Part shown: positions 17,770 through 28,152 of the stretch, in pieces
How positions within the stretch are numbered: position 1 is the first letter of the stretch
How the letters are laid out: each line of letters begins with the position of its first letter
Assembly: GCA_002320775.1 (NCBI GenBank)
Contig: DCKY01000210.1
Coordinates: 1 to 58,529 of the forward strand
Reading direction: 5' to 3'
DNA length: 58,529 bases
Source: Planctomycetes bacterium UBA1662
GTDB taxonomy: Bacteria > Planctomycetota > UBA8108
Notes under the pieces: model-generated
What the model was told of the DNA's origin: nothing
Database searches by the model: none
Seen by the model: only the letters and a program-made list of their open reading frames with translations
Translations under genes and position numbers: made by a program

Positions 17770-20529
17770 CTATTCGCAGATCGGAGAGACGGACAGGCAG
17801 TCAGCCCCATCTTCAGTCTCATCTACGCCGCAGTCAGCGGTCGTGTAGCCGGCGCCCGAGGGGGTCGGAGGCGCAGGAGGGGCACCCCCGCTGAACAGCC
17901 AGCTGAAGATAATGATCGCATCGGTGATCTCGATAGCGCCGGTATCGTTGGTGTCGGCCGCGTCAACACAGGACGGGGCATCGCCTCCGCTAAAGAGATA
18001 GAGGAGCGGGATGACACCATCGGTCAGGTTGATCGAGCCATCGGAGTTACCGTCACCGCGAACGAAAAGCGCCCCGGCCGGCAGACAGTTATTGTGACGA
18101 TCGCAGTCGCTGTCGTCGCAATCAACCAGGCCGTCACGGTCATCATCGACGCCGTTGTCGCAGATCTCATTGCAGGCGGGACAATCGGTGTCGACGCAGT
18201 CCGTCGCGCCGTCGCCATCATCGTCCACGCCATTGTCGCAGATCTCCGCCGGGGCCGCGTCGCAGCCCGCGGTTCCAGCGCAATCGGTATCGTCACAATC
18301 GGTGTCGCCATCAGCGTCATCATCCCAGCCGTTACCGCAATCCTCCGGAGGAATCTCGTCGCCGAGAATGATCACGCCGCGGTAGATCGCATCGTCTGCA
18401 AAATCATCGCAATCCTCCCGGTCCTGGACCGTGATGGTGACGTGATAGGACCCATCGGTACGAAGACGAATCGAAGCTCTCCCGCTCGCCTGCGGCCCAA
18501 TGACCTGTCGCGCCTCGCCCTCCATCTGGGGCTCCACCGTGAAGGTATAAAGAATCGGATCGCCGGAATCGTCCTCGCCCGCCGCGATCAGGCGGTGGCT
18601 TGGACCGAATCTCGACCCGGTCGCCTCGATGGCCGCCTCGGTCAGGTGGGTGTCGGCGTAGCCATCCTCTCCCTCTTCGGGACAGGGCTCCGGCGCGAAC
18701 TCTTCCAGCTCGCTCAGGTAGTTGTTGCGAATCTGTTCCGGCTCGAGAACTCCATCATGAATTCTCACCTTGGAGACCAGGATGCTCCCCTGCAGCCCGA
18801 GGGTGAGACCGACACCATCGCCCTCGACCTGCTGGGCGATCCGGATCTTACCCGGATGGGCGTTGAGCGCGCCCGGCCCGAGCACCTCCTCGTTGGTGAA
18901 CTCGCAATCGAACGCGACCAGGCAACCATCGGCGTAGACCCGGGTGGTCCCGGTATCATCACCGTCAAAGGTATAGACCAGGTGGTGCCATTCCTCGGGG
19001 GCGGGAGCGCCGCCGCCGTTGTTCCAGCCGAGGTCGGGTCCGTTTCCTCCCCAGTGCCCGACGGCGCCGAAGAGATTGTGGGTACCGTAGTTGAAGGCCA
19101 TGTTCGAGCCGTCCGGGCCGCCTCGCTTACCCCAGGACAGGAGAGTCTCCTCCCCGACCATGTCCGGCCCATTCCAGACCCACATCTCGATGGTTCGGGT
19201 CGGCCCGGGGCCGAGGATCGCAAGGGGAGCGTCATCCATGCTCTCGTAGCTGTCTCCACTGCGGCCATCTTCGTTGAAGCTCACCCCGATACCAAAATCG
19301 CGAATCGCCACCACGGGAGAACCGATGATCTGGAAGTCATCCAGGGTGCCCTGGTTTTCCCAGAACTCTTCGCCGGCGGTCGGGTCGGCGGCATCGAGGC
19401 TGACGAGCAGTTCTCCGGCCACCTCAATATCGCCTACCTCGATCACCTCCTGGACGACGGTCCAGACGGCGGTGGCCTCACCCGCCTCGTTGACGGCAAG
19501 GATCTCTACATCGAAGAAATCAGGCTCAGGATCCGGTATCACGTATTCAAATCTGCCCTCGGGAGTGATCGTCGCGCCCTCGGGGGAGATCACCTCGAGC
19601 TCCGCAGGCGGAAGCGCCTCGACTAGCAGGGTGTAGCCGTAGACCTTACCGCCGCTGAAGTAGTTGTCCTTCTCGGGAACATTGGTAAAAACAGGCGCGG
19701 TGAACTCCAGCTCTTCCACGCCGTAGCGTTCCCGCTCTTCGTTGAAGTTGTTGATGATCTCCTCGTGGGTCAACACCTCGTCGTGGATTCTCACCTGGCC
19801 AAGCGCCAGGGTTCCCACACGCGGTCCCCAGTCAATGTCACCAGCCGCATTGACGATCTGCGCGCCAAGCGTGATGGGATGATCCGGGTGAGTATTGATC
19901 GCATTGACCCCATGAGTCTCGGAATTCCAGGCCTCTCCATCAACGTAGAGACGAGTCGTGGCCGTGGCGTCTCCGTCAAAGGTATAGACGAGATGGTGCC
20001 AGCTCCCCTCCGAAGGCGCACCGGGGGTGAAGCTATTATCAATCCAGCCAACGTCCGGACAACATCCTCCCCAATGGGTCACGGCGCCAAAATTTCCGTG
20101 ATTACCGTAATTAAAGCTCATCTCGGTTCCATCGGGACCGCCGCGGCGTCCCCAGGCGACCATGGTCTCCTCGGAATCAACAAACTCATTGTAGGCCCAG
20201 ACCTCGATAGTACGGGTGGGGTTGAGACCGACCAGTCCCGCCGGCGCGTTTTCCTGGGCCTGGTAGATGCCCTGCAAGCCATCGGGATTCAACAGGACGG
20301 CCGATGAATCCGCAGGCCCCAGGACCGTCAGGATCACCTCGCCATTCAATAAAAAGTCTCCGGCTGTCCCCGCGTTTTCCCAGACCTCTTCTCCTGCGGT
20401 AGGATCATCTGCATCGAGATCGACGAAGAGCTCTCCCGCGGTAACAATGTCCTGCGCAAAACCCGGAGCCGCCCATAGTAGAACGGAAAGCAGTGCCGCT
20501 ACTGAAAACAAGGTCTTGAGTATTCTCAT
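17770..20529 (-). CDS. Secreted protein with two LamG-like jellyroll domains, Cys/Asp-rich repeats and a C-terminal dockerin-like domain
   Basis: Signal peptide ending PGFA-Q; duplicated AGEL.V.LDA.DPTAGEE.WEN..WHHLVYTFDG unit; C-terminal FVRGDGNSDGSINLTD..CVDAADTNDTG; RBS GGAGG. Confidence 0.85.
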   Translation of the reverse strand: MRILKTLFSVAALLSVLLWAAPGFAQDIVTAGELFVDLDADDPTAGEEVWENAGTAGDFLLNGEVILTVLGPADSSAVLLNPDGLQGIYQAQENAPAGLVGLNPTRTIEVWAYNEFVDSEETMVAWGRRGGPDGTEMSFNYGNHGNFGAVTHWGGCCPDVGWIDNSFTPGAPSEGSWHHLVYTFDGDATATTRLYVDGEAWNSETHGVNAINTHPDHPITLGAQIVNAAGDIDWGPRVGTLALGQVRIHDEVLTHEEIINNFNEERERYGVEELEFTAPVFTNVPEKDNYFSGGKVYGYTLLVEALPPAELEVISPEGATITPEGRFEYVIPDPEPDFFDVEILAVNEAGEATAVWTVVQEVIEVGDIEVAGELLVSLDAADPTAGEEFWENQGTLDDFQIIGSPVVAIRDFGIGVSFNEDGRSGDSYESMDDAPLAILGPGPTRTIEMWVWNGPDMVGEETLLSWGKRGGPDGSNMAFNYGTHNLFGAVGHWGGNGPDLGWNNGGGAPAPEEWHHLVYTFDGDDTGTTRVYADGCLVAFDCEFTNEEVLGPGALNAHPGKIRIAQQVEGDGVGLTLGLQGSILVSKVRIHDGVLEPEQIRNNYLSELEEFAPEPCPEEGEDGYADTHLTEAAIEATGSRFGPSHRLIAAGEDDSGDPILYTFTVEPQMEGEARQVIGPQASGRASIRLRTDGSYHVTITVQDREDCDDFADDAIYRGVIILGDEIPPEDCGNGWDDDADGDTDCDDTDCAGTAGCDAAPAEICDNGVDDDGDGATDCVDTDCPACNEICDNGVDDDRDGLVDCDDSDCDRHNNCLPAGALFVRGDGNSDGSINLTDGVIPLLYLFSGGDAPSCVDAADTNDTGAIEITDAIIIFSWLFSGGAPPAPPTPSGAGYTTADCGVDETEDGADCLSVSPICE
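18101..18345 (-). repeat. Three tandem Cys/Asp-rich repeats (ExCxNGxDDDxDGxxDCxDxDC)
   Basis: EDCGNGWDDDADGDTDCDDTDC, EICDNGVDDDGDGATDCVDTDC, EICDNGVDDDRDGLVDCDDSDC; coordinates approximate. Confidence 0.85.
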
Positions 20530-20801
20530 ACGAACCTCCCTTAGAGTGACAAATGATGATTGACCCGATTCAATATCCTTTCAGAAGAAACGGACGAGTC
20601 AGGAAAAACCTCCGGAGACACCAGAGTCTTACATAGCCTAAAAAAAAGCTGTCTCTGTGATAGAATCGGCGATCGTGCCGACCGTACCAGATTTTCCGAC
20701 CCAATAGCCCGGGTTACCGTTACATTCGCCGGGCATCCATTCTCGGAATGTACGGTGAAATTCTATTCGGACGGGAAATCGTAAACAACAAGGATCTGGC
20801 G

Positions 20802-22532
20802 ATGTCAGGAAACTCACATAAGAGGAATCGCCCCCTGGAAAAAGGAATACCGGCATTCCCCCACGCACTTATTTGCCCCCTGTTGCTCTGCCTGCTCACC
20901 TGTGGCTGTGGCGGCAACAACGCGTCCCCGTCCCCGGTCCTGCTCAGTGAGGTCACCGCCGAGGCCGGGCTGGTCGAAAATCAGCGGCCCTGGCCGCGCG
21001 GAACCTACCAGATACCGGAAATATCTGTCGGCGGCCTCGGGCTCTTCGATTCCGATGGAGATGGAACCCCTGAGATCTACCAGGTTCGCTACCCCGAGCC
21101 CGGAGCTTCCTCAGAGGCGGCCCCCAACAGGCTCTATAGACTGGCCAGAACCGGCGTCTACCGGGAGGTCGCGGCAGCCGATGGTCTCGACGACCCGGGC
21201 TACGGCAACGGTGTCGCGGTCGGGGATATCGACAACGATGGAGACCTCGATGTCTACGTCACGAACATCGGAAAGGATGGGCTCTACCTCAATGAGGGGG
21301 GCGTCTTTACCCGTGCCCCGGCGGCCGCCCTTGTCTCGAGCGACGACTGGAGCTCGTCAGCATCCTTTCTCGATTACGACCGTGACGGCGACCTTGACCT
21401 CTTTGTCTGTCACTACCTTCGAGACAATTCTTCACGGCTCTGCAGGACGAGCCTGAAGGAAAAACGGGATTATTGCGGCCCTGATAAATTCCAGGGTGTG
21501 CGGGATTCCCTTTACCGAAACGAGGGGAATGGACGCTTCAGTAATGTGACCGTAGAGGCGGGAATCTCCCGGGCCCTCCCGGGCTTCGGCGTCATCTGCT
21601 TCGATCTGACAGGAGATGGCTGGGTCGACATCTACGTAGCCAACGATATGAAGCCCAACCAGCTCTGGGTCAACAGACGAGATGGGACCTTCACGGATGA
21701 AGCCCTGGAGCGAGGCCTCGCCCTCAACGGAGCGGGCAAGCAGGAGGCCGGCATGGGTGTGGCTCTCGGCGATGCGGATGGAGATGGCCGCCTGGATCTC
21801 TTCATCACCCATCTCACCGACCAGACCCACACCCTCTACGCCGCCGCGGAGACGGACTCCGGCCTCACCTACAGGGACCGCTCAGCCAGCTCCGGCATCG
21901 GCGCAAAGACCCTCCCCATGACCGGCTGGGGCTGCGGCTTCCTCGACCTCGAGAACGATGGAGACCTGGACCTGGTGATCGCCCACGGGCGGGTTGCCCG
22001 CGGACCGGTCTCGCCCGCGGCCGACTGCGGAACGTTCTGGAACGATTACGCCGAATCAAACCAGCTCTTCCTGAACCGGGGAAACGGAAAATACTCCCTG
22101 GAGAAAAACCGGGCGGGCCGCTTTTCCATCCATGCCGAGGTGAGCCGCGGCATCGCCTTCGCCGATATCGATAACGACGGAGACACAGACCTCCTGCAGT
22201 CCAACCTCGGAGAAGGCCTGAGACTCTTTCGCAACGAGGCCCAGGACACCGGCAACCACTGGCTACGGGTGCGGGCCCTCATCGGTCTGCGGGATGACCT
22301 TGGCGCCCTGGTAACCCTCAAGACCGGAAAAAGGACGCTAAAACGTCCCGTGCTCTCGTCTTTCAGCTTCGCCTGCGCCAGCGAGGCCAGCGTTCACTTC
22401 GGATTGGAAAAGAACAGATCCATCGACGCCATCACGGTTCGCTGGAGCGATGGCAGCATCGAGAGCTTCACAGCCGATGGTGTCGACCGCCTGCTCGTGC
22501 TGAGCAAGGGAGAGGGCGCTCGAAAAAACTGA
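20802..22532 (+). CDS. CRTAC1/ASPIC-UnbV family FG-GAP repeat protein (probable lipoprotein)
   Basis: Many DxDxDGxxD repeats, AGMGVALGD, SRGIAFADIDNDG, C-terminal VHFGL..VRWSDG; LLTCGC lipobox-like signal. Confidence 0.88.
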   Translation: MSGNSHKRNRPLEKGIPAFPHALICPLLLCLLTCGCGGNNASPSPVLLSEVTAEAGLVENQRPWPRGTYQIPEISVGGLGLFDSDGDGTPEIYQVRYPEPGASSEAAPNRLYRLARTGVYREVAAADGLDDPGYGNGVAVGDIDNDGDLDVYVTNIGKDGLYLNEGGVFTRAPAAALVSSDDWSSSASFLDYDRDGDLDLFVCHYLRDNSSRLCRTSLKEKRDYCGPDKFQGVRDSLYRNEGNGRFSNVTVEAGISRALPGFGVICFDLTGDGWVDIYVANDMKPNQLWVNRRDGTFTDEALERGLALNGAGKQEAGMGVALGDADGDGRLDLFITHLTDQTHTLYAAAETDSGLTYRDRSASSGIGAKTLPMTGWGCGFLDLENDGDLDLVIAHGRVARGPVSPAADCGTFWNDYAESNQLFLNRGNGKYSLEKNRAGRFSIHAEVSRGIAFADIDNDGDTDLLQSNLGEGLRLFRNEAQDTGNHWLRVRALIGLRDDLGALVTLKTGKRTLKRPVLSSFSFACASEASVHFGLEKNRSIDAITVRWSDGSIESFTADGVDRLLVLSKGEGARKN

Positions 22533-22541
22533 CCGTCGCTC

Positions 22542-23465
22542 TCAGGGCTCTTCGCCAAGCGCGGGGTTGAGAGAGACCGCCTTCAGGCGATCAGCCGCCG
22601 CCTTCTCCTGGTCGCCGATCTCTTCCCAGGCTTTGCTGCGCGCCAACCAGACGCCCGCCTGCCTTGGAGCCTGTTTGAGCACAGCCGAAAAATCTTCGAC
22701 CGCCCCTTCATAATCCTCCAGGCCGTGCCGGGCCATGGCTCGAAAGCGCAAGGCCCGGAGGTCTCCAGGCTGCAGCTCGAGCACCTTGTCCAGGTCGCCG
22801 AGCGCCTCGGCATAGTCCCCCACAGCTCCGTAATGCATTCCACGGTTGAAATACGCCCCGGCCAGCTTGGAGTCCAGCTTCAGGGCTGCCTCCCAGTCCT
22901 TGAGCGCTCTGGCGATGTTACCCGATTGCTTGTAAAAGATGCCGCGGTTGACCAGGAAGGGGGCATTGTAGGGATCAAGGCGGATCGCGGTATCACAATC
23001 GGTGATCGCCTCCTTTACCTTTCCCTGTCTCCCCAGGATCCCGGCCCGGTTGGCATAGGCCTTCACGTAATCAGACTGGACTCCAATGGCGCCTCCATAG
23101 GCCTCGATGGCGCCGGCCAGGTCATTGCTGCGGGCCTTCGCGACACCCAGGTAATAATAGGCCTCGGCCTTCTTTGGATCGAGCTTGATCGCTCTACCCA
23201 GGTCCTCGATTGCCTGCGGCAGCTGCCCCATGCTCAGATGCGCCTTGGCTCTCTCCAGGCGCGCCTCCACCGGACTCTCCCCGCTGGCGATCGCCCTGGT
23301 GAAAAGGTCGATGGCAAGAGCCGTCTCGCCTTCGGTCAGCAGCGCCCTCGCTTCGTCAAGGAAGACTCTCTGCTCCAAAACCGGGCTTCCTCCCTGAGGC
23401 GAACAGGCACCCAGGAAGATCACGATCGGAAGACAGCCCGCTGGAAGCAATAGCCCTCTTGTCAT
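22542..23465 (-). CDS. TPR-repeat lipoprotein
   Basis: Multiple TPRs (AYYYLG, AYANRA, AYFNRG); IFLGAC lipobox; start codon uncertain. Confidence 0.8.
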   Translation of the reverse strand: MTRGLLLPAGCLPIVIFLGACSPQGGSPVLEQRVFLDEARALLTEGETALAIDLFTRAIASGESPVEARLERAKAHLSMGQLPQAIEDLGRAIKLDPKKAEAYYYLGVAKARSNDLAGAIEAYGGAIGVQSDYVKAYANRAGILGRQGKVKEAITDCDTAIRLDPYNAPFLVNRGIFYKQSGNIARALKDWEAALKLDSKLAGAYFNRGMHYGAVGDYAEALGDLDKVLELQPGDLRALRFRAMARHGLEDYEGAVEDFSAVLKQAPRQAGVWLARSKAWEEIGDQEKAAADRLKAVSLNPALGEEP

Positions 23466-23514
23466 TCGCTTTACCGGAAACCCTTTTCGGGAAGGATTCA
23501 TCGATAGCATTTCT

Positions 23515-24258
23515 CTATAGCTCTGTAACCAGATCGGAAGAAACGCTCCTCCTGAAATTCGCGCTGACCTCTCCCTGCAGGGAGCCCGAGGGAAGCCTGC
23601 TGTCAAAGCTGTAGCCGAAGGCTTCAATATCGCGCCGGTAATGATTCTCCACCAGCTCCGAGAGCTCTTCATCATAATACTCCCGGTAATCAGCCCGGCT
23701 CTCCGAGACCCGTTTCCTGGGCAGATCGAGGGGCGGGACTCCGATCCTCGAACAGATCTCCGCCCAATCATCCTTCAGGCGCTCAAAGCAGCCGACATAG
23801 TCCATCAACATGCTGCCATCCATATTGACCATGTAATCGATCATGTTCTGGTTCAGCGGATCGACGGCGCGGTGGTAAGGACGATCAGGATTCAAACTCC
23901 AGCGCAGATAATCGCCGAATTCTACGCATCCGTTTTCACTCATCACATCCGGCCATTCCCGCTTCAGGTGATAGAAAGCGCTCACCTGGATATCCCAGGG
24001 ATTACGGACAAAGGTAAACTTGAAGAGCTCCTCGAATTGCTCCCTCGGCATGACATCGTACGCGGCCACCACCCGCGCGTGCCTGGGGATCTTGGTCCCG
24101 ATTCGATGCCTGAAAATCTTCGAGAAGTTGTAGCAGAGGATCTGGGGATAGGAGAGCGGATCCCTCCTGCGCAACCGCTTCAGGGCACTCTGGATGCTGG
24201 TCCCGGCAGTCTTCGCGATATGTACGAAGAGAAACTTGTACCGATTTGAAAATAACAT
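23515..24258 (-). CDS. Sulfotransferase family 2 protein
   Basis: PAPS-binding motifs FVHIAKTAGTSI and FVRNPW..VSAF. Confidence 0.85.
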   Translation of the reverse strand: MLFSNRYKFLFVHIAKTAGTSIQSALKRLRRRDPLSYPQILCYNFSKIFRHRIGTKIPRHARVVAAYDVMPREQFEELFKFTFVRNPWDIQVSAFYHLKREWPDVMSENGCVEFGDYLRWSLNPDRPYHRAVDPLNQNMIDYMVNMDGSMLMDYVGCFERLKDDWAEICSRIGVPPLDLPRKRVSESRADYREYYDEELSELVENHYRRDIEAFGYSFDSRLPSGSLQGEVSANFRRSVSSDLVTEL

Positions 24259-24487
24259 GGGCTCCTCACTCCGCTGGCTCTCTTCTGCAACAACAGCGCC
24301 AGCCTCACTTCTCATCTTCAGCTTTTATACCTGACCGGAGGCCGGTAGAAAAGATTTCTTCCTATTGCATAAAAACAACACCAGCGCGACTGGGCATCAT
24401 GGGCTGTTTTTATAACGCTTTCCCCCCGAGAGGGTGGGGAAGGGTAGAATAAAGGTATTCAATAATCAAGTATTTGGAACGATCGCG

Positions 24488-25096
24488 ATGGGATTAAAAC
24501 AAACGGCTGTCATCTTCGTTGGATACCAGAATGACTATTTTGCGGATGATGGCATTCTTCGAGCAGTCATCGAGGAATCGGATCGAACGAACCGCATCCT
24601 GGAAAACAGCATGGCTATTGTTGAGGGGCTGAAGAACACCGAATCGACAATGATCCAGACCCCGATCATCTTCACTGAAGACTACGACGAATTAGTTAAC
24701 CCGATCGGCATCCTGAAGACCATCGCCGAGGTAAAAGCTTTCCAGGCCGGAACGCATGGGTGTGACACCATCGAGCAATTCAAGAAATACGGAGACCGCA
24801 TCATCACCGTGGAAGGCAAGCGAGGCCTGAACGCCTTCGCCAGCACAGAACTCGATGAGACCCTGAAACGGGTCGGAATCGAAGAGGTGGTGGTCTGCGG
24901 AGCCGTCACGTCCATCTGTATTGACTCGACTGGCCGTGCCGCGCATGAACGCGGCTACAGGGTCACCATCCTGTCAGACTGCACCGCCTCGCGAACTCCC
25001 TACGAACAGGAGTTCTATTGCGAAAACATCTTCCCGCTTTACTCCAAGGTCCTCACAGCAGCGGAATTTCTCGAGGGCGCTCTGGAGGAGTCATGA
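24488..25096 (+). CDS. Isochorismatase/cysteine hydrolase family protein (atypical first catalytic position)
   Basis: GYQNDYF, GKRGLNAF, GAVTSICIDSTGRAAHERGY.V.ILSDCT. Confidence 0.85.
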   Translation: MGLKQTAVIFVGYQNDYFADDGILRAVIEESDRTNRILENSMAIVEGLKNTESTMIQTPIIFTEDYDELVNPIGILKTIAEVKAFQAGTHGCDTIEQFKKYGDRIITVEGKRGLNAFASTELDETLKRVGIEEVVVCGAVTSICIDSTGRAAHERGYRVTILSDCTASRTPYEQEFYCENIFPLYSKVLTAAEFLEGALEES

Positions 25097-26535
25097 GCAG
25101 CGCGGACTCATCCAGGTCACAACCGGAAGAAAACACCCACATCTACCTCGACGAAACGGTCGAGTGTTCCTTCCAACAGAGTCCTCGAAGCACTATCAAG
25201 CAAGAGGCTCCCGCCGGAAGCGGGACCAGCAGAGATCACGAGCCGCCACCGACGGACGGCCCTTGCGAAAAGATCCAGCTCCAGGCCAAGAGGTCTTCGG
25301 GGCCTTCAGGATTTGAAATAACCGTCAACGAATCCATAGGATCCGGTGGAATGGCTGAGGTTGATGCCGCCACCCAGGAATCTCTCGACAGGGAGGTCGC
25401 CCTGAAGCGGCCCCGCGCGGATCGACACACTGAGGACGTGGCAGCTTCGCTCATCAACGAAGCCCGGCTGATGGCCAACCTTGATCACCCCAACATTCCC
25501 CCCGTACACCAGCTCGGCTTTCATGAGAATGGACAACCTGTAATCGTGATGAAACGGGTTTATGGACATTCCTGGCGAACCCTCCTCCACGATCCCACGC
25601 ACCCCTATTGGTCGGACCATCCCGAGGTTCATCTAAAGCAGCACCTCGAAATTCTCCGCCAGGTTTGCAATGCGATTGAGTACGCCCACGAAAAGAGAAT
25701 CCTCCACCGAGACCTGAAAACCGACAATGTTATGGTCGGTGATTTCGGTGAGGTGTATCTGCTCGACTGGGGAGTCGCCATTGAGCTTGATGAAAAAGGC
25801 GAAAGGAAGATAGACCAGTTCTGCGGGACCCTGTGCTTTGCGGCTCCGGAGATGCTCAGCTCAAGCATCCCGCTCACCAGGCGCACCGATGTCTACCTCC
25901 TGGGCTGCATCCTCCACGAAATCCTGACTCTTGAACTCCGCCATCAAGGCGACAGTCTCAAGGAACTGATCGATAAAGCCCTGGTGTCGGAACCCTGCGA
26001 ATACAACGAGGCTGTGCCTCCAGCGTTAGGAATCATCGCCAATAAGGCAACCCATCGTGATCCTGATGAGCGCTACCAGGATGCGAAAGACTTCCGCAAG
26101 GCCATCGACGTTCACCTCTCCCATTACCACGCCATGGATCTTCTAAACTCTACAAAAGAAAAACTGGCCTCCCTCGAAGAGCTCTATGAAAAAAAGACGA
26201 CTAAAAGGCAGGGCTTCAAATTCCATGAGATAGCCTACCTCTGCAGGTTCGGCTTTCAGCGAGTAGAAAAGATCGCGCCTGACCTCGAAGGCGCCCAGGC
26301 TGGCCTTCTGCGGACCCTGGAGCTACAGGTACTTTTCGAACTGGAACTTGGCCAGATCGAGGCGGCCAGGAGAGTCATTCGGCTTATCCGCGATATACAG
26401 CCTGCATGGGGAAGGCTTGAAGATCTCGCGACACTGTTGAAAGAAGTCGAGAATAAACAGCACGAATCAAATGAACTCTCTACCCAGATCCAGTACAAAC
26501 TCATGGAGGAGCTGCAGAAAAGAAAAAAGGACTAG
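25093..26535 (+). CDS. Hanks-type Ser/Thr protein kinase (cytoplasmic)
   Basis: GSGGMAEV, VALK, HRDLKTDN, LDWG, APE, DVYLLG; ATGA overlap with the upstream gene; RBS GGAGGAG. Confidence 0.92.
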   Translation: MSSADSSRSQPEENTHIYLDETVECSFQQSPRSTIKQEAPAGSGTSRDHEPPPTDGPCEKIQLQAKRSSGPSGFEITVNESIGSGGMAEVDAATQESLDREVALKRPRADRHTEDVAASLINEARLMANLDHPNIPPVHQLGFHENGQPVIVMKRVYGHSWRTLLHDPTHPYWSDHPEVHLKQHLEILRQVCNAIEYAHEKRILHRDLKTDNVMVGDFGEVYLLDWGVAIELDEKGERKIDQFCGTLCFAAPEMLSSSIPLTRRTDVYLLGCILHEILTLELRHQGDSLKELIDKALVSEPCEYNEAVPPALGIIANKATHRDPDERYQDAKDFRKAIDVHLSHYHAMDLLNSTKEKLASLEELYEKKTTKRQGFKFHEIAYLCRFGFQRVEKIAPDLEGAQAGLLRTLELQVLFELELGQIEAARRVIRLIRDIQPAWGRLEDLATLLKEVENKQHESNELSTQIQYKLMEELQKRKKD

Positions 26536-26654
26536 GGCGCCGCGGAATCTTTTAGTTTTCTCTGATGAGTTCCTTAAAAGCCGGTAGCGACAACCGGGGT
26601 GATCGGTTAAATAATCTGGGTCTGCTGAACCCGGACATTCCATACGGAGCGAAG

Positions 26655-28046
26655 ATGAGCGATCACAGAATTGAAAAAGACTCAATGGGAGAGATGCAGG
26701 TGCCGGCGAACGCCCTCTGGGGCGCCTCGACACAGCGGGCCGTCATCAACTTCCCTGTCTCAGGCAGGCCCATTGCCCCTGAGCTCACCCGAGCGCTTGG
26801 CCTGGTCAAGCTGGCCGCAGCCCGGGTCAACAACAAGCTCGGCGATCTGGATGCCGAGCTCGCGGACTCGGTAGAGTCCGCCGCGCTCGAGGTCGCCGAA
26901 AACAAGCTGGACGAACACTTTGTCGTCGACGTCTATCAGACCGGCTCGGGAACCTCCTCTAATATGAATGCGAACGAGGTCATCGCCAATCGCGCGATCC
27001 AGCTGCGGGGAGGTGAGATCGGAGACAAGTCCGTCCACCCCAACGACCACGTCAACCTGGGCCAGTCCTCCAATGATGTCTTCCCCACGGCGATTCACGT
27101 GGCTGCGGCCGAGTCGGCCCAGTCACGTCTCATTCCCGCTCTCGAGGAGCTCCAGGGCGAGTTGAAAAAGAAATCAGAGGAGTTCTGGGATGTGCTGAAG
27201 ATAGGACGCACCCATCTCATGGACGCGACACCGATTCGTCTTGGACAGGAGCTTGGCGGATATGCCAGCCAGGTCGAACACGGAATCGCCCATCTCCGCG
27301 ACACCCTCGGACACCTCCGGGAACTCGCCATCGGCGGCACCGCGGTTGGAACCGGGATCAACACCAGGGCGGCCTTTGGCTCGATGGTGGCCGCTGAACT
27401 GTCGAGCGAAACCGGCATCGAATTTACCGAGGCTGGGAATCACTTCGAGGCGCAGGCGGCCCAGGATGCGGCCGTGGCGGTCAGCGGAGCCCTCAAGACC
27501 ATCGCCGTCTCGATGATGAAAATCGCTAATGACATCCGCCTGCTCGCCATGGGACCGCGCTGCGGCCTGGGAGAGCTGAAGCTTCCGGCGACCCAACCCG
27601 GCTCCAGCATCATGCCCGGAAAGGTCAACCCGGTCATGTGTGAATCGGTGATCCAGGTCGGCGCCCAGGTCCAGGCGAATGATCTCGCCGTTCAGCTTGG
27701 CGGCCAGTGGGGCCAGCTCGATCTCAACACCATGCTCCCCCTCATCGCCCGCAATCTCCTCGAGTCGATGCGGCTGCTGGCCAATGTAGCCCGGGTCTTC
27801 ACCGAGAAATGCCTCAGAGGTCTCGAAGCCGATGCCGAGCGTTGCCGCTCGCTCATCGAGGAGAGCCTGTCCATGGTCACCTCGCTCAACCCCCTCATTG
27901 GCTACGACGAGGCCGCCAAGGTGGCCAAAGAAGCCTTCGAAACCGGCAAGACCGTGCGCGCGCTACTTGAGGAAAAAGAGCTCGTCTCGAAAGAGGACCT
28001 CGACAAGGCGCTCGATCCCGAATCGATGACCAGGCCATCTGAATGA
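26655..28046 (+). CDS. fumC: Class II fumarate hydratase
   Basis: RIEKDSMGE, QTGSGTSSNMNANEV, GRTHLMDATP, GSSIMPGKVNP signature. Confidence 0.93.
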   Translation: MSDHRIEKDSMGEMQVPANALWGASTQRAVINFPVSGRPIAPELTRALGLVKLAAARVNNKLGDLDAELADSVESAALEVAENKLDEHFVVDVYQTGSGTSSNMNANEVIANRAIQLRGGEIGDKSVHPNDHVNLGQSSNDVFPTAIHVAAAESAQSRLIPALEELQGELKKKSEEFWDVLKIGRTHLMDATPIRLGQELGGYASQVEHGIAHLRDTLGHLRELAIGGTAVGTGINTRAAFGSMVAAELSSETGIEFTEAGNHFEAQAAQDAAVAVSGALKTIAVSMMKIANDIRLLAMGPRCGLGELKLPATQPGSSIMPGKVNPVMCESVIQVGAQVQANDLAVQLGGQWGQLDLNTMLPLIARNLLESMRLLANVARVFTEKCLRGLEADAERCRSLIEESLSMVTSLNPLIGYDEAAKVAKEAFETGKTVRALLEEKELVSKEDLDKALDPESMTRPSE

Positions 28047-28152
28047 TCCTGCAGGCCTCACGGTTTGCCTTTGCATTAGCACCCGCCTCTTATATTAATA
28101 GTCGGTTCGCTTTTCATTTCTCGAAGCCAGAGTAAGACGATCTAACTCAAAG

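Noticed and set aside
18101-18345. Short DNA repeats as a possible CRISPR array
   Set aside because: They are degenerate in-frame coding repeats without unique spacers, and no cas genes are present.
18094-19626. 510-aa antisense ORF and similar long shadow ORFs (e.g. 37632-38795, 48691-49869, 13726-14832, 6180-7163)
   Set aside because: They lie opposite well-supported genes, lack motifs and are expected in high-GC DNA.
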